38,236 bases of DNA, taken from IMG/VR virus record IMGVR_UViG_3300029819_000014, positions 1 through 38,236 of that record; one strand, written 5' to 3'. Under the pieces are notes generated by a model. The model did not search any database and had not been told where the DNA came from. It worked only from the letters and a program-made list of their open reading frames with translations. Made by a program: the position numbers and the translations under genes. Source of the stretch: a virus. This document shows positions 26,025-31,710 of the stretch, one piece after another. The stretch's first letter is position 1. Each line of letters opens with the position of its first letter.

Positions 26025-26450
26025 TTATTTTGCGTAAACTTCTTTTCTGATTCTTTCGCACATTTTGTCAGTTCCGTATTTTACATTTAAAAACAACTCT
26101 TTGTAATACTCCTGATATGTTGTTTTGTTAATGTTTTTTAATGTATCAATTACGCATCCAGCGTTTGATTCGTTCATAATTCTGTTGTAACCGCTTTTTG
26201 CGGCTTCCCATGCTCCAACTTTCTCCGGGTGTGCGTTTTTGCAATCTGTAATAATTGCATCAAACTGTTCGTTCATTTTCTCTACAAGTTTTTTCGCAAA
26301 TGCGATTTGTTTTTCTGTTCCTGTCATTTCTGATGTTCCTTTCTTCGCTTCCTTCCATGCTTTTTTAAGTGCTTCGGAGATTCCGAATCCTACTTTCTTA
26401 ACAAGATCCCATGCTCTTTTCATAATGTTTGATAAGTTGTATTTTTTCAT
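26025..26450 (-). CDS. Hypothetical protein (141 aa)
   Basis: RBS AAAGGAGAG. First gene after the consensus-like promoter. Motifs MKRAWDLVKK and GTEKQIAFAKKL. Confidence 0.65.
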   Translation of the reverse strand: MKKYNLSNIMKRAWDLVKKVGFGISEALKKAWKEAKKGTSEMTGTEKQIAFAKKLVEKMNEQFDAIITDCKNAHPEKVGAWEAAKSGYNRIMNESNAGCVIDTLKNINKTTYQEYYKELFLNVKYGTDKMCERIRKEVYAK

Positions 26451-26498
26451 TTTCGTTCTCTCCTTTGCTTTTGTTTGTTTCCTTTACCTTATACTTGC

Positions 26499-26527
26499 AT
26501 TATACACGCAATGCGTACATAAGTCAA
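26499..26527 (-). promoter_or_regulatory. Near-consensus sigma-A promoter of the reverse-strand accessory operon
   Basis: Reverse strand reads TTGACT-17 nt-TATAAT with a TGT extended -10. The spacer contains the palindrome ACGCA-A-TGCGT (26506..26516). Confidence 0.55.
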
Positions 26528-26545
26528 TAGCAAATTTAAAATAAT

Positions 26546-26574
26546 TTGACAAAATTACACACATGGAATATATT
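26546..26574 (+). promoter_or_regulatory. Candidate divergent promoter
   Basis: TTGACA-17 nt-TATATT on the plus strand, pointing towards the integrase 3' end. Confidence 0.4.
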
Positions 26575-26721
26575 GTAACCAAAGATACAAAAGAGACCGT
26601 TCCTTATTCAACGTAACCCGGAGAGATGAGGAGCGGTTTCTTCTATATTATATGTTTTAACAATTCGGAGGACGAAAATGCAATAACCTATAACATCTCA
26701 CAAAGCCTTTATTTTTAAGAC

Positions 26722-28149
26722 TTACGAGATGTAAAGAGTAAAAATCATCTTCCCGTTTTTCTTGTCATAGACAATGTCTTCCACTAAGCTGCGCATAAAA
26801 AACCCTTTTGTTTCGTAGTCGACAGTATCATCTCTGATAACATCGTAAACAGTGCGGACTTTATTCAGCACATCTTCTTTGGATGGAATAGCGACGGAAG
26901 TAGTGTTGGTATCAAGTGACATTAATTGCTGTTCCAAATCTACACGAACTGCTTTTAACCGCTTCTTATTTTCTTTATACTCTTCTAAAGTATCCACCTC
27001 GTTTTCGTATGCGAGTTTAATACGCTCCTCTCGTGTGGATAACTTCTTCAATTCCTCTTCCAAGTGTGCGCGCTTATCCGTTTGCTGCGGAGAATCAGGT
27101 GCATGGTACCGATATTCGAATTCCATTCCATCGAGTATCTTTTCAAAGTACTCGTAGACAGCAGCAGTTGCCTTAGAAGCACTCAAAGAACATGATTCTT
27201 TATGTAAGCCTTTAGAATATTTGTAACACTGGAATCCAGGAGAATGAGGGTTACCACCATTCCAAGCAAGTGTAGCACCACAGTAGCCACATTTAATCAG
27301 CCCGGACAGCCAATGCTTACAGGAAGAAACGTCTCTTCGGCGTGCCGGTTTAAAGTTTTTACGAATCTTTTCCATGCGTTTTTCAAATTGCTCTTTCGGT
27401 AAACGTGCTTCATGTGGTCCTATAAAAGAAATATCATTCCACTTTACAAGACCGTAATAAAAGGGATTTTCTAATATTCTCTTTACGGAGCGGGATTCGA
27501 AAGGATTCCCTCGTTGTGTTAAATATCCCATTTCGTTTAAGTTACGTGCGATCTTTGTACAATCTATGTTGTACTGGTCGAACTGTTCAAATATGTAGTC
27601 AACGATTTTATACTTTTCTTCATCGATCGTAAACGGAGCTCCATGACCTGCAGCTTGATACCCTAAAGGGGGCGCGGTCTGATAACCTTCTTTAAGTGCT
27701 TTTTCTGTCATGCCTCGCAAGACTTCGCCGGATAATCGGATGGAATAGTATTCATCCATCCACTCGATGATACGCTCGATCAGACTACCAAAAGGACCAT
27801 CTATGATTGGTTCAGAAATGCTTACAACGTCAACATTATGTTGCTTTCGCAGAAGAGATTTATAAACAATCGATTCCTCCTGATTACGTGCAAATCGACT
27901 AAACTTCCAAACAAGAATCAGATCCACCGGGTGTTCCTTTGATTTTGCCATACCAATCATTTTCTGAAATTCAGGGCGCTTGTCAGCTCTTCGACCGGAA
28001 ATACCGTGTTCAAAGAATGTATCCAAAATGATAATGTTGTTTTGCTTTGCGTAGTCCTTAAGAAGACGCTCTTGACTTTCAGGAGATAGTTCGTCTTGCT
28101 TCCCTGTTGACACACGAATGTATCCGTAAGCATATTTTAATTCTTCCAA
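26722..28149 (-). CDS. int: Large serine recombinase (phage integrase)
   Basis: 475 aa. YGYIRVSTGKQ catalytic-serine motif, recombinase domain, Cys zinc ribbon (CGYCGATL...C), C-terminal coiled coil. TTG start 8 nt after AAGGAG. Confidence 0.95.
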   Translation of the reverse strand: MEELKYAYGYIRVSTGKQDELSPESQERLLKDYAKQNNIIILDTFFEHGISGRRADKRPEFQKMIGMAKSKEHPVDLILVWKFSRFARNQEESIVYKSLLRKQHNVDVVSISEPIIDGPFGSLIERIIEWMDEYYSIRLSGEVLRGMTEKALKEGYQTAPPLGYQAAGHGAPFTIDEEKYKIVDYIFEQFDQYNIDCTKIARNLNEMGYLTQRGNPFESRSVKRILENPFYYGLVKWNDISFIGPHEARLPKEQFEKRMEKIRKNFKPARRRDVSSCKHWLSGLIKCGYCGATLAWNGGNPHSPGFQCYKYSKGLHKESCSLSASKATAAVYEYFEKILDGMEFEYRYHAPDSPQQTDKRAHLEEELKKLSTREERIKLAYENEVDTLEEYKENKKRLKAVRVDLEQQLMSLDTNTTSVAIPSKEDVLNKVRTVYDVIRDDTVDYETKGFFMRSLVEDIVYDKKNGKMIFTLYIS

Positions 28150-28218
28150 TTATATCACTCCTTCGTAAATTATATTAAAAAAATGTATAAAAATAACACC
28201 CAACGAAAATATGTTCCG

Positions 28219-28247
28219 TTGACGGGTGTTTCCGAAGATGATACAAT
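28219..28247 (+). promoter_or_regulatory. Candidate promoter in the int upstream spacer
   Basis: TTGACG-17 nt-TACAAT. CGAAAATATGTTCC (28204..28217), one mismatch from a LexA box, abuts the -35. Confidence 0.45.
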
Positions 28248-28277
28248 ATAACTTGCAATATGGATGTACATCTTCGG
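28232..28277. repeat. 46-bp element with 9-bp perfect inverted-repeat arms (candidate attP core)
   Basis: CCGAAGATG (28232..28240) and CATCTTCGG (28269..28277) flank 28 bp. The element ends 83 bp upstream of the serine-integrase start. Confidence 0.6.
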
Positions 28278-28288
28278 GTGTATGTAAG

Positions 28289-28320
28289 ACCGTTCGGTAT
28301 TGGAGTACCGGGCGGTTTTT
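28289..28320 (+). terminator. Plus-strand-specific rho-independent terminator
   Basis: ACCGTTCGGTA-TTGGAG-TACCGGGCGGT, an 11-bp stem with two G-U pairs that become C-A mismatches on the other strand. Followed by TTTTT. Confidence 0.6.
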
Positions 28321-28322
28321 AG

Positions 28323-28673
28323 TTATATTAATTCAATATTTCTTATTAATTTTACAACAAAAGACATGAAAGCAAAACCATATAGAAAACCGGTTATAAT
28401 GCGTTTTAAGTTATTGGATTCATAATTTGTAAAGTACTGCACAGTACCATCAACGGCAAGTGGTAAAATCAATACAGCTATTTTAAAACTAAAAGTATAA
28501 AAAGGCATTACAATAAGAGCGATTAGATGCCCTAAGGCAATTCCGGTGCACCTAGCGCAAATGGGTAATTGATATCCTTTTATAAAAAAGCTGCGATTAG
28601 GCATTTGGTGACACCCACAGTATTTTTTGCACCATTCCATTGACTTTATCCAATAACGTTCTTTAGTTGTCAT
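28323..28673 (-). CDS. DUF2085-family membrane protein
   Basis: 116 aa. CGCHQMPNRSFFIKGYQLPICARCTGIALG is the DUF2085 signature. Multiple TM segments. Confidence 0.8.
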   Translation of the reverse strand: MTTKERYWIKSMEWCKKYCGCHQMPNRSFFIKGYQLPICARCTGIALGHLIALIVMPFYTFSFKIAVLILPLAVDGTVQYFTNYESNNLKRIITGFLYGFAFMSFVVKLIRNIELI

Positions 28674-28879
28674 ACTTTAAATTTATTGCCACAATCTTGG
28701 CAAACCCAATAGTTTGTTGAGTTAATTTGCTTTCCTTTCCCACAGGCACCACATAAAATTCCTATTGGCCCCAATAAGGCAGCTCCGCAACAACCTTTTC
28801 CAGCTGAAAAATCTTTACCTTTTGATGTTGTTTCGGAAATAACTTGGCAGTGTTCTCCACCACATTTTGGACATCTCAT
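28670..28879 (-). CDS. LITAF-like zinc-ribbon membrane protein
   Basis: 69 aa. CPKC, then the hydrophobic stretch GCCGAALLGPIGILCGAC, then CQDC. 4-nt overlap with the DUF2085 gene. Confidence 0.7.
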   Translation of the reverse strand: MRCPKCGGEHCQVISETTSKGKDFSAGKGCCGAALLGPIGILCGACGKGKQINSTNYWVCQDCGNKFKV

Positions 28880-29016
28880 ATTTTGTTTCCTCTCTTTCTC
28901 TTTAGCTTACATCTTTTTAGGACAACCAGTCCTTTATATAAACGCCGTAGCGGTTATATCATTTCCATTATTTACCTGTATATCTCAACCATATAAGATA
29001 GTAAAATTAATCTGTT

Positions 29017-29214
29017 ATGAGAATACTACTTGATAAAATAATGATAAGTAAAAACTTAACAATTCGTCAAGTATCAAATCTAACTGGGATTTCAAAATCA
29101 TCAATCCAACGGATTATGAACAACGAAATTTCTCCCAGTGCTGATACTCTCGAACTCCTCGCCAAAGGTCTAAAAATCCATATTTCAGACCTTTTGGAAT
29201 CTCCGTATAAATAA
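29017..29214 (+). CDS. XRE-family HTH protein
   Basis: 65 aa. LTIRQVSNLTGISKSSIQRIMNNEISPSADTLELLAKGL is a canonical HTH_3. No obvious RBS, so possibly leaderless (TAAAAT at 29002..29007). Confidence 0.75.
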   Translation: MRILLDKIMISKNLTIRQVSNLTGISKSSIQRIMNNEISPSADTLELLAKGLKIHISDLLESPYK

Positions 29215-29307
29215 GTGTCCCACATCTGGGACAAATTCCTGAACCCGCGTTAGTTTTTTAAAAGTTATGTGTATATATAGTAAAAGGGTTAAGTAAAATA
29301 CTCTTTA

Positions 29308-29321
29308 AGAACAAATGTTCG
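29308..29321. promoter_or_regulatory. LexA (Cheo/SOS) box 1
   Basis: AGAACAAATGTTCG contains GAAC-N4-GTTC. Ends 10 bp upstream of the -35. Confidence 0.65.
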
Positions 29322-29330
29322 AAAAACTTC

Positions 29331-29359
29331 TTGAAATAAATTACGAAGAGTAGTATTAT
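29331..29359 (+). promoter_or_regulatory. Promoter flanked by LexA boxes
   Basis: TTGAAA-17 nt-TATTAT. Confidence 0.55.
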
Positions 29360-29374
29360 TTAAACAAGGAATTT

Positions 29375-29388
29375 CGAACGTGCGTTCC
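29375..29388. promoter_or_regulatory. LexA (Cheo/SOS) box 2
   Basis: CGAACGTGCGTTCC contains GAAC-N4-GTTC. Lies roughly +10 to +25 relative to the predicted transcription start. Confidence 0.65.
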
Positions 29389-29418
29389 ACACACAAAACG
29401 CAGGAGGGAATACATACC

Positions 29419-29532
29419 ATGAACACAACAGACATTAGAAAACACTTGCATGAGCTAATCGATAAGATGGAAGACAGTCAAATTGTCAAACTCTATCGAT
29501 TAATACAAGGGATTTTCGGGAAGGCTATTTAG
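29419..29532 (+). CDS. 37-aa helical peptide, candidate SOS-controlled antirepressor
   Basis: AGGAGG lies about 10 nt upstream of ATG 29419. MNTTDIRKHLHELIDKMEDSQIVKLYRLIQGIFGKAI. Its stop overlaps the convergent repressor stop. Below the track cut-off. Confidence 0.4.
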   Translation: MNTTDIRKHLHELIDKMEDSQIVKLYRLIQGIFGKAI

Positions 29533-29912
29533 CCTTCCTTTTTAATTTCGTCATATTGTTTCATAATCATATCCCATTGTTCGTCAGGGACGTTGTAAAG
29601 CAGTTCTAACAATACTGATAGGGCTGCTTTTTTTGATGGAGAAGAGTTCTCCATTATGTAACCAAAGCGGTTGTATGCTTGTTCATGCAGAGGTACTTCC
29701 GAGAATACTTCTCCTGTTCCATTTCTAAGCCATACTTCGTTTACATTAAATTCTCTGCATATAGATGCAATAACTCTTTCTGTTACAGAGACTTCTCCGG
29801 TTTCTATATTTCCCAAATTCGAACGAGATATATCTATTTTAGAAGCAAAAATGTTTTGAGTCATTTTCAATTCGTTCTTTCTGAGATGCCGGATTCTTTC
29901 ATTTATATTCAT
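29529..29912 (-). CDS. CI-like repressor (XRE HTH, no peptidase domain)
   Basis: 127 aa. MTQNIFASKIDISRSNLGNIETGEVSVTERVIASICREFNV is an HTH_3. Divergent from the operator/PR region. RBS GAGGTGG. Confidence 0.85.
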   Translation of the reverse strand: MNINERIRHLRKNELKMTQNIFASKIDISRSNLGNIETGEVSVTERVIASICREFNVNEVWLRNGTGEVFSEVPLHEQAYNRFGYIMENSSPSKKAALSVLLELLYNVPDEQWDMIMKQYDEIKKEG

Positions 29913-29936
29913 TAAACCACCTCTTTTGATATGTTA

Positions 29937-29965
29937 AGTATATCATATATGCAAATGCTTGTAAA
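29937..29965 (-). promoter_or_regulatory. Candidate repressor-maintenance promoter (PRM-like)
   Basis: Reverse strand reads TTTACA-17 nt-TATACT with a TGA extended -10. The -35 overlaps operator O1. Confidence 0.45.
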
Positions 29966-30041
29966 GGACAAAATTTACAAAAATAATTGTCAAAATGCTT
30001 GACAAGGACTTGAGTAAGATTTATAATGTCCTTAACAAGCA
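29956..30041. promoter_or_regulatory. Three copies of a 14-bp operator (O1 29956..29969, O2 29996..30009, O3 30028..30041 inverted)
   Basis: TGCTTGTAAAGGAC, TGCTTGACAAGGAC and the reverse complement of GTCCTTAACAAGCA (= TGCTTGTTAAGGAC). The core CTTG-N-CAAG is palindromic in O2. Confidence 0.7.
29999..30027 (+). promoter_or_regulatory. Early rightward promoter (PR-like), perfect consensus
   Basis: TTGACA-17 nt-TATAAT. O2 covers the -35 and O3 covers the predicted start site. Confidence 0.7.
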
Positions 30042-30061
30042 AGCGAAAGCGAGGAAATGAA

Positions 30062-30256
30062 ATGGAAAATTATAAAATACAAATTCATGAACGGAAGTAC
30101 ATCAATCAAGATGACGTCCAAGTGACAGTTTCCTTTCAATTGCCTTTCCGCGATTGGTTGACAATCGAAAAGTCAAATGAGTGGTGTCAGATTGAAAAAC
30201 TACTTCTGGAAATTCGAAATACACATAACCAGAAGTACCACCAAGACCAGAAATAA
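30062..30256 (+). CDS. First ORF behind PR (64 aa, no HTH)
   Basis: GAGGA lies 6 nt upstream of ATG 30062. Overlaps the 3' end of the convergent gene 30102..30620 by 155 nt, so it is uncertain whether it is coding. Confidence 0.35.
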   Translation: MENYKIQIHERKYINQDDVQVTVSFQLPFRDWLTIEKSNEWCQIEKLLLEIRNTHNQKYHQDQK

Positions 30257-30620
30257 CAATAGGCATTGGCAGGGACTTATATTCGTGATGTGAAATGATT
30301 TCATTTTTACAACGTGTTGTTTCTTCTAAGGCAACAATGGGAATTTCGATGCAAGAGTAAAAGGTGCTATTTATATAAACTCCAATATTAGTAATCGCAA
30401 TAGGTAAGCGGGATTTATTGGTAAACATCATGTATACCAAAAGAGAACTGTCGTCACAATAGCGTTGACCGACTATCTGAAAGTTTATATTTTTTCGATT
30501 TTTTATGAAGATGTAAACCCAGGAAGAGAAAGAACCTAATACACCTAAAATAGATAAAAATAAAGTTATGTTTTCTTTAGTGAGAAAAGGTTTGAGTAGT
30601 TCAAAATTAACGGTTTGCAT
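30102..30620 (-). CDS. Membrane-anchored protein (candidate superinfection-exclusion/abortive-infection moron)
   Basis: ATG 30620 after AAAGGA. N-terminal TM segment ITLFLSILGVLGSFSSWVYIFI. AT-rich. Has its own promoter. Confidence 0.65.
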   Translation of the reverse strand: MQTVNFELLKPFLTKENITLFLSILGVLGSFSSWVYIFIKNRKNINFQIVGQRYCDDSSLLVYMMFTNKSRLPIAITNIGVYINSTFYSCIEIPIVALEETTRCKNEIISHHEYKSLPMPIVISGLGGTSGYVYFEFPEVVFQSDTTHLTFRLSTNRGKAIERKLSLGRHLD

Positions 30621-30657
30621 AATAATTATCCTTTCTTGAATTGTATTTTGCAAAAAG

Positions 30658-30686
30658 ATTTTATCAAATATTTTGTGCGTGTACAA
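30658..30686 (-). promoter_or_regulatory. Candidate promoter of the membrane-protein gene
   Basis: Reverse strand reads TTGTAC-17 nt-TAAAAT with a TGA extended -10. Confidence 0.45.
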
Positions 30687-30774
30687 GTAGCCGAAACGCT
30701 TTTGAAAGTGTCAGCCGTGGGATGGTCTCCCGGCTCTGATGATGGCAGACCCAAAGAAAGAGAGGTGAAGATAA

Positions 30775-30942
30775 ATGAGTAAAGCAAACATTACAAAGGA
30801 ACAGGAAGAGAAAAGATTAGAAGATTTCAAACGCATTGCAGAAAACTGGGACAAGTTCCCGGAGCGGGTGCAGGGGAAAATTGACGGAGTTATTTCGATG
30901 GCTGCATCGGCATTTTTGAGCGAAAGTAAGAAAGCAGGATAG
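30775..30942 (+). CDS. Hypothetical protein (55 aa)
   Basis: GAGGTGA lies upstream of ATG 30775. Below the track cut-off. Confidence 0.55.
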   Translation: MSKANITKEQEEKRLEDFKRIAENWDKFPERVQGKIDGVISMAASAFLSESKKAG

Positions 30943-31007
30943 GAGATTTTAGTGGACAACGCAACAAGTACAAACAGCGGTACATACACTTAAGAGAGGT
31001 GATATAA

Positions 31008-31160
31008 ATGCAAAAAATAGAAATAGTCTGCATGGTGCGAGTAAATGGTGAAAAGGTACCGCAGGAAAGCATTCCGAGGGAAGAGTTTAACAAAATGCTG
31101 GAGAAAAAAATTGATGAAACTATGCAGAATCTATGTTTCGAAAGGATAAGAACCGCTTAG
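31008..31160 (+). CDS. Hypothetical protein (50 aa)
   Basis: GAGAGGTGA lies upstream of ATG 31008. Confidence 0.5.
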   Translation: MQKIEIVCMVRVNGEKVPQESIPREEFNKMLEKKIDETMQNLCFERIRTA

Positions 31161-31253
31161 GCGGTAAAGGAGGTGAGGACAAGCAGTAACATACAAAGAG
31201 TATCTAAGATACAAACGCAATAAAAATAGAGCAAAGAAAAGGAGAAGGAAGAA

Positions 31254-31427
31254 TTGAACTGGAACAGAAGAAAAGCACTCCCTGATTGGGAGAAACGTAG
31301 AATCCGTAACAGACATGAGAAATATTTGCGCAAGGAAAAGAGATCAGCTTGCGTAATGGCTCTTTTGGTACTGGCGATAATTGTCGTCGGGATTGTAGGG
31401 CAGATAATTTTGGTAGGAGGTGTGTAG
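31254..31427 (+). CDS. Small C-terminally membrane-anchored protein (57 aa)
   Basis: AAAGGAGAAGGAAG lies upstream of TTG 31254. Basic N-terminus, then ALLVLAIIVVGIVGQIILVGG. Confidence 0.4.
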   Translation: MNWNRRKALPDWEKRRIRNRHEKYLRKEKRSACVMALLVLAIIVVGIVGQIILVGGV

Positions 31428-31429
31428 CT

Positions 31430-31621
31430 ATGGAAGAAATCAAGGTGATGCAGTTCGAACGCTCGGATGTGTTAAGACAGAGAAGATTGAAGAATCAGTT
31501 GGCAGTAAAAGAGTTTCGAGACGAGTTGTTGTTCCGCAGAATTATGACAGGCGGTGTGATAGTAACACTTACAATGCTCGGTTTTTTAGCTGGAGAAATT
31601 ACAGCATCAATTTTACTATAA
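31430..31621 (+). CDS. Small C-terminally membrane-anchored protein (63 aa)
   Basis: GGAGG lies 9 nt upstream of ATG 31430, in frame with track ORF 31349..31621. TM segment GGVIVTLTMLGFLAGEITASILL. Confidence 0.5.
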   Translation: MEEIKVMQFERSDVLRQRRLKNQLAVKEFRDELLFRRIMTGGVIVTLTMLGFLAGEITASILL

Positions 31622-31710
31622 GAAAGAGCACCCACATGAGCCGGCAAGCTCCAAGGTGCCCAAACAAAAATCAACAATTAAATTGTAAAACAGAAGAGAG
31701 GGAAAGTCAA

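Noticed and set aside
28260-28322. 20-codon ORF inside the candidate antisense RNA
   Set aside because: It has no RBS, and the terminator stem forms its 3' half. A non-coding role is more plausible.
30621-30686. TTG 30686 as start of the membrane protein (track ORF 30102..30686)
   Set aside because: That codon overlaps the gene's own predicted -35 hexamer. ATG 30620 has an AAAGGA RBS.
31420-31710. N-terminal extension of the repeat-protein ORF (track start 31420)
   Set aside because: The extension overlaps the better-supported small ORF 31430-31621 and has no RBS. ATG 31711 has an RBS, and the recognisable N-terminus MKKFELT starts there.
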